This document shows positions 1 to 13,297 of a DNA stretch of 64,000 bases, one piece after another (the stretch's first letter is position 1; each line of letters starts with the position of its first letter). Source of the DNA: Chrysomallon squamiferum (Eukaryota; Animalia; Mollusca); contig CM022669.1 of NCBI GenBank assembly GCA_012295275.1, forward strand, positions 3,100,001-3,164,000, given 5' to 3'. The position numbers and the translations under genes were made by a program. The notes beneath the pieces were generated by a model. That model was not told the DNA's origin. It did not search any database and saw only the letters and a list, made by a program, of their open reading frames with translations.

Positions 1-714
1 CTTCCAGAAAGGCAGACGGTAGGACCAGTGTTTGACTGGAAGCAAAGGTGCCACCCTTCCACGAAGTTCTTAGTCCGCACCAAATTCTTTTCCATATTTT
101 GCATACAGATGCATTGTCCACCTGACAACATTATTTCAAAAGTGGATCATGTCTGTCCAGCTCACCATACTGGCTGACGGAATGAATTTGTCCTTTTAAA
201 TACCAGACGTATTGGCGCCAGATGCGGATTGGCTCAAATGAAAGAAGAAAGAAGCATCCACAGTACACTTTAGTTTTACAGACCTGTTGCCCTCTTCCTT
301 CACGCTCCACCACCCCTGAGTCCCTTCTGTCGGACATACACATAGTTTTCGATGGCAAGTTTTGGATGACCACATTCTGAGTCAATGAACTCCATCTTAT
401 AGAATAGAATATTTTTGCTACAAGGCATGACCTAATATACTGTGTCATTCATCTCAGTTATAGATCACTTGCCAAAACAAAGGAAGTTTTAGCATTTAAT
501 TAGCCTGAATTAGTAATTAGCTGACTCTAAAAACTTTGACTAATTTATTGGAATTAGTAATCCAAATTCCTTTAATCAAATTTAATGTAACACACTTTGA
601 CCAGTTTATTGGAACGTTGCTTGAAAATCATTCTGTGTGGTGTATTTGAAGAAAAAATTGGGGGGCATTTGTCCAGGGGGCAGTTGTCCAATGGGAAGAG
701 GAATTGTCCTGATA
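1..714 (-). mobile_element. Internally deleted Mutator-like (MULE) DNA transposon, truncated by window start
   Basis: The minus strand encodes FLYWCH-like N-terminal remnants (about 280-400) and RTKNFVEGWH (about 48-77), matching the RTNNxxEGWH motif around the catalytic Glu of animal MULE transposases. Ends in a GGGGGCA(G/T)TTGTCC-type sub-repeated terminal region. Confidence 0.75.
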
Positions 715-1809
715 ATTGGAGACAGGAAATACCACTTCTATCTAACGCTGAAAATATATTCTTTCTTCAAAATACCCAGCTTTCTAGCAACATTTTACTC
801 TTTTTTTCTATCTGACACTTAACATTATTGTTCACTGTTCACCACATTTATCTCCTTAACACATTCACATTAAAACCTTTGTGACCAGTTATCTCTAAAA
901 CACCAGTTATATATATGCTGTTTCATCAAAACTAACTTTCAAGTATACTAACACCTGTTCTAACTAACCCACAAACATACCAATATAAATATTCTCTTAG
1001 ACGGATACCTCAGAATTCAAATTACCTGCCCAAGAGAGACATGCTTCAGGAATTTAAACGTATATTTCAAATAGCTAATTAACAGACATGCAAGAAGATT
1101 CTGACATAACTTGATAATTAGATTCAGTCATACTTATACGATATGTATTTCAAAAATGCTGAAAAATAATAATAATAACAATAATAGTCAAAACTATAAT
1201 AATATTTGTTCTTTTGATTACGATGGTAATAACGGATGAAGAAGTAGTAGAACTACTAGTGTGTTAATATAGTGGTAATAATAATTGTCATGGTGATTGT
1301 CGATCTCATTACTAAAAAATACTAGTTGTAGTTGTAGTATAGAGTAATAAACCGTAGTAATTGACTAATTTATTGGAATTAGTAATTTTGTATCTAGTCA
1401 AGTAGTAGTAGTTATGTAATTTATTGGAATGTGATTAGTAAATCATTTGAATTGTAATTTTAATAACAAAATGTAGAATTAGAGAAGAACCCACAGAATT
1501 TGTAAATAATTTTCAGTTCTCTGTAAAATGGAATTGCTAAAACTAATATAATGAATGTACAAAAATAATGTTATTTATTTTAGTCTATCGATCATTAGAT
1601 GGAGAACATAGATGAAAGATGAAATGATGAAAAAAACATAACTTGACAATTAGAGAGAGAGATAGAGAGAGAGAGATGTATTTCAGAAAGAGAGAGAAAG
1701 AGAGAGAGAGAGAATAGAGAGAATAGAGAGAGAGAGAGAGAGAGAGAGAATGAGAGAGTGTGTGTGTGTGTGTGTGTTTTAACTATTTATAAAATGTTTA
1801 TTTTGGTAA

Positions 1810-1853
<44 letters not shown>

Positions 1854-1913
1854 TTCTAGAAGTGGTAGACATATCATATTAGTTAGAGAGTTAGTTTGTG
1901 AATAAGAAAGATC

Positions 1914-1965
<52 letters not shown>

Positions 1966-1996
1966 CACACGCACACACACACATACACATATACAC

Positions 1997-2064
<68 letters not shown>

Positions 2065-2910
2065 TAAAATAAATAACGACTTAAAATTAATAATTATTAT
2101 ATATAAAAATATATTATGAAAAATATATATATATATGATGAAGAATCACGTTGTTAGGTAACCCTGACGTCAAAACAATTATGACTTCATAACAATGTAG
2201 CTGGGTTAACGGAATAGCCATTATAAGACTGACCCTTTGTAGTATATTGGACATTATTTTAGACAAGCGTAAGTAATATACATACACTATATAAAATTAC
2301 TGTCTGTTTTTTAATATTAATTTTTATTTGGTTTATTTCATATAGTTATTCATTTATCTACTGTCGAAATTTAATTAATAGCTTTACATAATGGTTTCTA
2401 ACTATTAATAAATAATAATAACTATAGATTAATATGCATGGATCCCAAAACATGAAACACAAAACATGGTGATGTTTTACCTAAATATTTAAACAGACAA
2501 ATATTATTAGCATTCTCTAGGATTTAGCTGCCAAATATCGATAAACACCAGAATTCTTAACATTGGAGTAACTTTGTCCTACCTTGATAAATCCCTGTAG
2601 ACGTTGAAAACTAAATATTTAGACATCATAAAGTTAAATATAATGCGTATCTTGGCGGATTCTAATAACGATACATATTTAACATGTCCAAGGTTTATTG
2701 AGGGCCTCTACAAAAATATATTGATAGTTTATTTATGTATGACAGGAATTCTGCTATGAAACTCAGTCAAACGCTATACATGCTAAAGTTATATTTGACT
2801 ACATGAAAAGAAAAGAAAAAACGAAGAGAATAACAAATAATTTAAATAAGGAAAGAATTAATATTTGTTTAGCGATATCTGCACACATTTTCATATTAAC
2901 GATTATTACA

Positions 2911-3396
2911 GAAGGAAGGAAGAAATGTTTTATTTAAAGAAACACTCAACACATTTTCATTCGATTTAGTTGGCGTTATTCATATTAATGACCACATATA
3001 GGTAATGAGGTAATAAACTTAATCAGAGGCAGCAATAGGATGTTTTGTTTGTATGACGTCAGACAAATTATTTAATGACGCAGTCACGAGTAATTCACTC
3101 GAGAGGAAAACGGTCCAATACTAGTTATACACTGAGCTACAGATCTCTACTGATTGATGTGTAAAACGTGACAGTGACGGTGTAAAAATTACATTATTTG
3201 AAAGAGGAACTTGGGTGTCTCTGTTCTTAGTTAAATACCAAAATAACATTTACAAAGATTTTCTTAGAGACAACACAGAACAGAATATGGCCTTTGGTAT
3301 TCCAGTTTGACACTGGGTGAAAAGGATACGGCCTTTTCAGTGTAAAGAATTGATCACATGACCAATCACGGCTCCACAACACTTATCTACTGAACT
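2911..3396 (+). mobile_element. Degenerate SINE-like fragments (also at about 30341-30832)
   Basis: gaaggaaggaagaaatgttttatttaaagaaacactcaacacatttt and cacagaacagaatatggcctttggtattccagt resemble, from memory, abundant gastropod Nin-domain-type SINEs. Not verified by search. Confidence 0.45.
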
Positions 3397-3923
3397 TCAG
3401 TACAAACGTTGTGTCAGTTTTTCAAAAAGACCATCTGACCAGTATTCAGAGTTGATTCGGCTGAAATCATGATTATGACATGTACAAACCGCTATTGTTA
3501 AATATACAATGTAAATATACATTACACATTTATTGTTTTTTCTTGAAAATTATTAAAAACTACATAAAAAAAATAATAATAATAAAAAAAAAAAATTTTT
3601 TTTTGGAAACGCTATTTCAGATAAACAGTTATGACTTGTTTCGCATATCTATTAATTTGTCACTACATAGATAAAACACAGCATGCTTCGTGGGTTTTTT
3701 GTTTCGTTTTCCTATTTCTTTTTTCACCCCAATAATATTTTGGGTATAATAGAAGTGATAGTAAATTCTTTTTTAAGTACATATGAATATATAGTGTGTG
3801 TGTATATATATATATGTGTGTGTAGGTGGATAGATGTATACATATATATGTATATAGATGATGTTATATGTATATATGTATATGTATATATATATATAGA
3901 GAGATGTATGTATGTAGAGAGAT

Positions 3924-4052
<129 letters not shown>

Positions 4053-5705
4053 CTTCCCGTATATATTACAGGATAAATAGTTAGAAATGTAAATGTAATT
4101 AATTTGTTTTACAAAACTAAATTTAAGCTGATATGATAAGAAGATAAATTCAGCAATAATAGCAATATCTATACAAATAAAAGATATCGAATGTTCGTTA
4201 GTCTGTTTTTCGCATAAATTCTGATAACATTGTTTTAAACTATGGTAGTGGTTGGATTATGATGTCGGCAATGACAGTCACTAAGGTGGCAACATCTGTG
4301 TTAGCGGTGTACATTACCTGACCGCAACTTTCTAACGTTTTTTGGTTAATCATCTTCCACGAGCTTGCATAGTTTATGTTAAATTAATAACGTAACGTGA
4401 TTGGTTACATGATGTCACATGCATTTATCAGCTCTAATTATCCCATTCAAACCACCGGCTTTTCAAAAGCCACGATATGTTTTTACTTATTAAAGCTCTG
4501 TGCTAATAACTAACTTATAGACTATGGAATGACAGAACTGGTTTGTCTCATTCATATCGCCATTACACCTGGCACTTAGCACACATTCATTTGATCATGT
4601 TTGCGTGTGGCACTGTTGGTACAGATGATGCGCCAGAGAGGCGATCCCGAAACCCATTTTGTTGTAACAATATTTTTATATTTCTAACTTAATGCCTACG
4701 CAACTTTTCTTGTTCTGGTAGCTATCAAACTAGGGAAAGTGTACGTATGTTGAATCCCCTGATTTCTGACCTTCATTGCTCAGTCCATGTGGAATCAACG
4801 AAGATCAGTCTTAGATGTTACGTGCCCTAAGACAATCGTAAAGTAAAAAATATTTAACTTATAAACTCCAAGTGTTACGGACCAAATAAAAAATACTGAC
4901 AAACGTTCAATTTAGAGCCCCCGTGACTTATATTCAGTATAAGGATAGAATGGTTCTATATAAGGAATTCTGAGTATCCTTTGTAAATTCCATTTTCAAT
5001 ACATTATCTTTTGCCTAATTAAGACTGCTGCACCATAGAACTGACGTAGATATAAAACTAGGATTAGAAAGATAAAAAGGAAGGAAGAATTAAACACCAA
5101 TTCAAAATAGCATATTCATTGTGTCAGTCAGTTATATTGCCCAGCTCCTCATATAAGTTGAAATTTTCCAACATATGATTCATCATTTTTGATCTCAGCA
5201 TATCTGACTGCGTCAACTCGGAAGTCAATTAAATGTCCATCCTCATCTCTGGCGCTATTCTGAAGTTGTGGTTTCTGGCTATTTAGAGAGAGATTAGTCG
5301 TGCTACAGTCAGGTCCTTGTGGCGGACGGTGCTTTTCTCTCTACCTCATATTCTATGTTTTCATGTTCGGAATCTTCATTTACGGACTGAGCGGAGCACA
5401 GTTCTGTTTTGGTTCGGGTTGATTGTCAGGTTTGGAGGCGTTGTTGCTGTCGTCACGATTATGACGTCTAAAAGTTACATTTAAATGGGCAAAACACGAT
5501 TTTACCTCACCCATTTCTATTCGGTTGACCTCCCACTTTCTTTACTATCACAAAATGCACGATGTCGACTGAGGAATCACACAGCTATGGCAAAATACGC
5601 TTCAAACAATCAGAGGCTGAGAAATGCCAGAGGTTCAATATACGAATACTTCTCCTATTAGTCAAAGAAATTATTTTCCAAAAAGTAACAGATATAGGGA
5701 TAAAT

Positions 5706-5751
<46 letters not shown>

Positions 5752-7008
5752 TTCACAGACACAGAGAAAGAAGACCATCATTAATTGCAAGCAGATATTA
5801 TCGCTGAAGATATTATCGCTGAAGTTTATTATAATTAATTCGACGGGTTCTTCGAAAAGCATTTGCGAGTGCAGTTCAAAATTTAAATTTGTTTTGTTTA
5901 ACGACACTAGTCAAACCACTTTGGTGAATTTCCTCTTACAGACAGCTGTTCGAAGACAAATATTTGATGAACCTGACATGAATCTGTCTGTTTTGGGGCA
6001 TTTGTTGTTATTGTTTTTTGTCTTTTTCAGCAAAATGCTTTTGTTATGCATTTCCATAGAATAAAAAGATCTGAAAGCCAATAAAACGGATCAGTTGAGA
6101 TGAAAAATAGTTCAAAGTGAATACCAAGATAAAATTTTGCCAGAAAACTGCATCTCTTCACATGTCACAGTTTAATAAGGATTATTAATTTATCGACCCA
6201 CATATAATATGTTACTGTTGTTTTCCATTTGTAATTTTTATCCGTATATCTATGTTAATCATTGATCCTGTGTATAGTAGCATTTCTAGGTGCGAATATT
6301 TTCAAGTAGTTATCAATTATAACTGTTGTCAAATAATTAATACAGTAAGCAAAACACAGACCATTCTCAATAATCATCCTCGCTAATAATATTTCTTTAT
6401 CTTGTCATCATCGTTTTCTTAATTCTGTTGTTGTTGTTGTTGTTGTTATTGATCTTTCTTATTCACAAACTAACAGTAATATGATATGTCTAATGAACAT
6501 ATATCTAATAAGGGCATAAGCAAATATTTTTAAAAGTCAGAACCTAAACAAACAGACAGGCAATAGTTTTAGAAAAGTTCTTTAGTGAGCGTTGTGGCCA
6601 TATGTTCAGGTGAACATCAATGTCAGATATTTATTTATTTATTTATGTAAAATGTAAGAATTTTTTCTCTAAATATTCAAATACAAATATTGTTATTTCA
6701 TTATTAGATAACATTCTGTAGTCTTAGAGCTGAGAAACTAGTTTAGGTAATACTCTAAGGTTATATTTTCTGGCAGTGAAACAATAATCAAGGAGGTATG
6801 AACTCACACTGTTACTTTTTTTTGATATTTTTTCTGTTTTTGGTATCTGTATAGTAGAGTGAATTTAAGCACATTTTAGATATCACGTTGATTGTAAAAT
6901 ATTAGTGACATTGAAAAGTTCTCTCTGTTTTCTTCATTATTTATTTATTTATTTATTTTTTTTTTTTTATTTTAAAATACAGGAAGTGTAGATACATTTG
7001 GTTCTAAT

Positions 7009-7043
<35 letters not shown>

Positions 7044-7233
7044 AGTACGTAATATAATTATTATTTCCAAATTTTATATCTTGTTTCATGTTTAAAATAC
7101 GTATAACATAGTACTGAAAGACCTTCACTGATATTAAACATAAAACCATGGATAAATGTACTTAAAAAAGCAGTTGTGCAGGTTACCAGTTTATTTCTAT
7201 GTAAATAAATTTCACTAATCCAACGATCCAAAA

Positions 7234-7298
7234 TTAGACTCGTGTTGTGGAGGTCTCAGTAGACGTTTTCTTCTCCCTAACTGACCAGTGACATGCAC
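7234..7298 (-). CDS. Candidate terminal coding exon (xACHWSVREKKTSTETSTTRV*), copy 1; gene assignment uncertain
   Basis: Acceptor atatgcAG|, phase 1, TAA at 7234-7236, AATAAA (minus) at 7190-7195. The three substitutions versus copy 2 are all synonymous in this frame (GTT/GTC, AGG/AGA, AAG/AAA). Confidence 0.5.
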
Positions 7299-9245
7299 CT
7301 GCATATACACCAAACACATCAACCTTCATATACACCAAACACATCAACCTACATATACAACACATCATCAACCTACATATACACCAAACACATCAACCTA
7401 CATATACACCAAACACATCCACCTACATATACACCAAACACATCCACCTACATATACACCAAACACATCCACCTACATATACACCAAACACATCACCTAC
7501 ATACATATACACCAAAACATCCACCTATATACACCAAACACATCCACCTACATATACACCAAACACATCAAAAACACATATACACCAAAAACACATATAC
7601 ACCAAACACATTATACACCACAAACATACATATACACCAAACACATTCACCTACATATACACCAAACACATTCACCTACATATACACCAAACACATCCAC
7701 CTACATATACACCAAACACATTCACCTACATATACACCAAACACATTCACCTACATATACACCAAACACATTCACATACATATACACCAAACACATTAAC
7801 CTACATATACACAAAACACATATACACAAACATACATATATACACACAAAACACATTCACATACATATACACCAAACACATTCACCTACATATACACCAA
7901 ACACATTCACATACATATACACCAAACACATTCACCTACATATACACCAAACACATTCACATACATATACACCAAACACATTCACATACATATACACCAA
8001 ACACATTCACCTACATATACACCAAACACATTCACACCTACATATACACCAAACACACCTCAAATATATACACCAAACACATTCACCTACATATACACCA
8101 AACACATTCACCTACATATACACCAAACACATTCACCTACATATACACCAAACACATTCACCTACATATACACCAAACACATTCATATATTCACACATAT
8201 ACAAAAACACATTCACCTACATATACACACAAACACATTCACCTACATATACACCAAACACATTCACCATATATACATACATATACACCAAACACATTCA
8301 CATACATATACACCAAACACATATACACATACATATACATTCAAAACACATACACCTACATATACACCAAACACATTCACACATATACACCAAACACACA
8401 TACATATACACCAAAAACACATTCACCTACATATACACCAAACACATTCACCTACATATACCAAAACACATTCACATACATATATACAAACACATACCTA
8501 CATATACACCAAACACATCCACCTACATATACACCAAACACATCCACCTACATACACCAAACACATCCACCTACATATACACCAAACACATCCACCACAT
8601 ATATACACCAAACACATACATACACCAAACACATATACATACATATACACACATTCACATACATATACACCAAACACATTCACCTACATATACACACACA
8701 TCAACATATACACCAAACACATATATACACCAAAACACATTCAACACATTCACATACATATACACCAAACACATCACCTACATATACACCAAACACATTC
8801 ACCTACATATACACCAAACACATTCACCTACATATACACCAAACACATTCACCTACATATACACCAAACACATCCACCTACATATACACCAAACACATTC
8901 ACCTACATATACACCAAACACATTCACATACATATACACCAAACACATCACATATACACCAAACACATCCACCTACATATACACCAAACACATCCACCTA
9001 CATATACAACATATACACAAACACATACATACATATACAAAAACACATTCACCTACATATACACAAACACATTCACCTACATATACACCAAACACATTCA
9101 CATACATATACACCAAACACATTCACATACACACAAACACCTACATATACACCAAACACATTCACCTACATATACACCAAACACATCCACCTACATATAC
9201 ACACAACACATTACACATATATATACCAAACACATCCACCTACAT
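7291..9245. repeat. 25-bp minisatellite array (CATATACACCAAACACATTCACCTA), about 2 kb
   Basis: Directly visible tandem unit with TTCA/TCCA/TCAA variants and some scrambled units; produces the spurious H/T/Y/I-rich ORFs. Confidence 0.98.
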
Positions 9246-9348
9246 AAAACATCATTTATACTATGAAATACACCTAAAAATGAAAAAAATAAATAAATAA
9301 GTAAAATAAATACAAAATTAAAAGATAAAATTACAATACATATCTTAC

Positions 9349-9459
9349 GTTTATACAGCATTGTCCAGTATATCAGAGATATGGTGAAAGCGGCCGGACA
9401 CGCTATATTATACAGAACCCAGTCAGCTTTCAGATACCATGTCATCGAGTTACATTTTC
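9349..9459 (-). CDS. Protein rolling stone-like, coding exon 3
   Basis: Acceptor tttttaAG|, 111 nt, phase 1 to phase 1, donor C|gtaaga. Encodes GKCNSMTWYLKADWVLYNIACPAAFTISLIYWTMLYK, matching the W..K..W.L.N....A..I...YW pattern of the family. Confidence 0.9.
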
Positions 9460-9461
9460 CT

Positions 9462-9510
<49 letters not shown>

Positions 9511-9859
9511 ATATATAAATCATATTTAAGTTTTCAAAATGAATCAATATCCCGAGAATTATGGGGATCTACACAAAGGAGTATATTGACGCCCTAACAT
9601 TAAGTATATTCATACTTATGCACAGATTCATGGTTTTGTGGGTTTGGTTTTTTTTTCATGTACTAGTACTGTGTCTAGAATGTTCCGTCATACATATAGA
9701 TAGCCTTTAGAGAGTGAGCCAGGAAATATCTGCACATAATGAATGAATGAATGGATGGATGGATGGATGAAAAATGAATAAATGAATAAACGATTAAGGA
9801 TATCTCAGCACATCTGGTTGTAAATAGTTAAAACTGATCATTTACTTGCGATTATACAT

Positions 9860-9946
<87 letters not shown>

Positions 9947-10093
9947 TACAGGAATTTGCTTATAGGGACTCATCGTTTAAAAAGGGCAGTGACGTTTGTT
10001 TACGCTTTTCTCAAAATTTCTCGCGTTTTGCTCAAATCTTTCACATCTTTAGCCACGCCTCGAGTCTTTCACCGCTGGTTATCAGCTGGTTAC

Positions 10094-10325
10094 CTGTGAG
10101 CAAGTCTGTGCGTCTGCAGTGCACGTAGACACACACAAGCAGATCAGTAAGTGCACTGGCCAGGAGGAAGGCGAGGCTCCAGTTAGTGAGGTAGATTAGC
10201 CACTTGGAACGATTTTCTTGTCTGGTCACATAGTACTGTGACAGATGTAAACTCGCAGCCACTAGACTCGTACACAGACACACGGCAAACAGTCTCCAAA
10301 CAATATACAGTTTCTGTCCTCCAAA
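10094..10325 (-). CDS. Protein rolling stone-like, coding exon 2
   Basis: Acceptor ttactttcAG|, 232 nt, donor CAG|gtaacc (phase 1). Encodes FGGQKLYIVWRLFAVCLCTSLVAAS...KWLIYLTNWSLAFLLASALTDLLVCVYVHCRRTDLLT: two hydrophobic helices and the family hallmark W.IYLTNW. In frame with exon 1. Confidence 0.9.
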
Positions 10326-10824
10326 CTGAAAGTAAGCAGTACTCTAGTTCAAAATCACAGTTGAACTAAGTAAAAATAATCTTAATCTGACAGTGGTTTA
10401 GATATAATTTATAAATTCAATTTTTGTTTGTTATCTCGTTTTCATAAAACAATTAAAAACAATTAAAGTTACGCATTCTAAAGCTCACCCCTTTTTTCAA
10501 TAACGTAACTTTTGAAATAGTAAATTTAAACTATACTAAAACACGTTGCTTTAGTTCATCACCTAATTATTATTTATATATTTGTCTTTATGCTTATCTT
10601 ATTTTTAACACAATTAAACATTTTACTTAAAGTGTCCATTTAGCCAGCGGTGTTGGTTTGATTAACAGATTTCTTTTATGTACTATACGTCATTTAAAAT
10701 ACTACTAAATACACACATCTATCCCCCCCCACCAACACAATGTTAATGACATAAATAATTTAAGAAAAAGAAAGAAAAAAACAAGAAAGAAAGAAATTTA
10801 GAAATAAAAAAAAAACAAAGTAAG

Positions 10825-10864
<40 letters not shown>

Positions 10865-11128
10865 AACAAAAATTAAAGAAAAAAAGAAATGAAGAAAGCC
10901 TTGTAATGACACACAATGTGCATAATATTGACTTTAAATTATTTCTTAGTTGTTTTCTTTTTCATTTAATGCATTTTATACCAGAATTCTAGAAATACGT
11001 GTGCATACAAATACTACAGTTTTAGATCAGCGATCGAGCTATTGTATTGGTGATGCTATGTTTATATCGACAGCTGGAATAAAAGAACAGACAGTTGTAA
11101 AAATAAGACAGAACAGAAAAGGGCCTAC

Positions 11129-11224
11129 CGGGAACATAGTAAACGTCACTGGATAGCGATGATTTAATAGAAAATTCCTCGTACGGAATTCTTCCTTCAA
11201 GCATTTTTTGAAGCTCTGTCCCAT
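11129..11224 (-). CDS. Protein rolling stone-like (FAR-17a/AIG1-like superfamily), first coding exon
   Basis: ATG at 11224 in strong context (gcaaccATGG), preceded by a pyrimidine-rich ttttAG acceptor at 11244-11245. The 96 nt encode MGQSFKKCLKEEFRTRNFLLNHRYPVTFTMFP, with the EEF...F.L.H N-terminal pattern of invertebrate rolling stone-like proteins. Phase-0 donor CCG|gtaggc. Confidence 0.85.
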
Positions 11225-12615
11225 GGTTGCTTCTGCCTGTGCACTAAAATGAATGAAGTAGTAAACAAAGAAGTAAGTACACAAGTGTACGTCACATCTC
11301 AGTCTAGGTAACTGCCACTAAATCTGGATCTGATTAAATCACAAGATAACCTTGCTTGAACATTTTCTAATGGATGCTTGACAAAAATAATTAACAAGTA
11401 TATATATAGAAAATTCAGAGTGTTGGAAATGGGTACTACTGAATTAGAAACTGTTATGGAAAGCCTCTTTTGGTAAGAAACGGGATTTTCTAATTTAAAA
11501 TAAAATAAAATAAAATAAAACACTTTCAAAAGGGACACGCTACACCTTTACAGTAGCATGGACCAACAGGAACGATAACTCGTAACAGCCCCAATTACGT
11601 CACCGTTTAAAATGCCTCCAGAATTTAATGGGTGCAAACTACACCTGAATGTTCTTTTCTCTTGGGGAATATTGCCAATTAGAAAAGTTAATACATTAGT
11701 CTTATACCAAATTATAATTTTAGTTTATTATGCACGCAGTTTGATTAAGTTGAAAAAGTTGTTACGAAAGGCGCGTGACATCATGGCTTGGTGATATGAA
11801 TCCTTATCTTTATCAGTAAATCATAAAAAGTTCAGAACCCCCCCCCGTAAAATAACTGAATTTGGAAGTTTAAAAACTTCCGTGAGCTCTCGATGGCAGT
11901 GTCGAACAACGATCAGTGCTTACAAACTTTTAAATCATATACCTTCACAACGCAATTCTACATGGATTATTAAAACTAATTTGGGGAAATATGTCATTCA
12001 ATAAATGCCTTGACACATAGATGTTTAATCTGGAGTAGAAATTGCTGCAAAGGTCGAAACCTTTTTTTTCTTGTACACATTTCGTACTATATATTCTTTT
12101 CAGTTATTTTTACGACATCGCCAGGCAAAAAAAAAAAAAAAAAAAATATATAAAATAATAATAAAATAAAATAAAATAAATCATTTTCACAGACACTGGC
12201 GCGTGAATATGAAGAGGACTATTCGCATTAGGTACCATGATGTGGGCACGTTACTCTGCTAAAACTCTATAGCAGACTGTTCTGAGTACGTAGTTGTAAA
12301 AACGATACTTGAAACCATTATAATTCTTCTTTTTTTTTTTTTTTTTTTTTTAATAATATATATTTCCATTTTCAATGCATTAGAGGTCCTGTTTACATGT
12401 AAAAAGCAAACTGATCAGGTGTTATTTGAATGATTGCTTTGAAACATTCATTATAACGCTTGATACCAGTTTTAAAACATAAACTAAAAAAAAATTTAGT
12501 TAAAAATTAAATTTTCACTCTTTTTCGTTACAAGAAAAAGCATTCAACTTCTAAAATATGTACTATTGTGAATGCAAACAATGAGTTTCGTATTTTTATT
12601 TTGAAAACATCACTG

Positions 12616-12687
12616 GTCCATGCTATTTACAGTCCATGCTATTTACAGTCCATGCTATTTACAGTCCATGCTATTTACAGTCCATGC
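12616..12687. repeat. 16-bp tandem repeat x4.5 (GTCCATGCTATTTACA)
   Basis: Perfect adjacent units. Confidence 0.95.
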
Positions 12688-12944
12688 CCGCCACGCTCTC
12701 CTCACCTCATGGTACCACTAGTTCCTGAAACCAGTTTCAGTCACTGAAAATTTAGAGTCGAGAACTAAACTGCGAATAAATCTGTCAACAAGACTGAAAG
12801 AGCCGTCTTTAGTCATCGATTGTTTATCATCATTATACTCTTTACAAATATAAAAACACATTAGTAATACCTTCTTATGCCTCTTCGACTTTTTTTTTTT
12901 ATATATCACATTTAATCGCTAAAGAGTAAATTAAGGATACTTAC

Positions 12945-13084
12945 ACTGTGTAATTATACGTTATTACATCCGTTAAAAACAACAAGTAAACACAAATCGC
13001 AGATAATGAGTCCGAACAAGACGGCAGTGGTTTCCGCAACAAAACATTCACGTGATGTCTTAGCTATTGTGAGAGTTATTTATA
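12945..13084 (-). promoter_or_regulatory. Candidate promoter and non-coding first exon of the rolling stone-like gene
   Basis: The ATG exon starts after an acceptor, which implies an upstream UTR exon. A minus-strand donor |GTAAGT lies at 12939-12944, TATAAAT (minus) at 13078-13084 and a TCACGTGA E-box at 13048-13055. Motif-only support. Confidence 0.25.
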
Positions 13085-13203
13085 AAATTACTGTCACACG
13101 ACTCGAACGCTTTGTTCTGCCCGTGTCAACTGCTTTCCAGCTGTGAAAGACGGCGCATGTAGTAGTTGATTTCAAATTCGTCAGTAGCTAAGCTTCATAA
13201 ATT

Positions 13204-13297
<94 letters not shown>

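Noticed and set aside
5510-5617. Possible extra exon upstream of the 5124-5467 island
   Set aside because: It would need an intron of only about 42 nt (about 33 nt in copy 2), and copy 1 has an in-frame TAG.
7288-9300. 670-aa and overlapping H/T/Y/I-rich ORFs
   Set aside because: Translation of the 25-bp satellite, whose plus strand has almost no G and rarely forms stops; open in several frames.
11553-12626. 12-bp inverted match tagcatggacca / tggtccatgcta as possible transposon ends
   Set aside because: Too short, with no target-site duplication or further terminal similarity visible.
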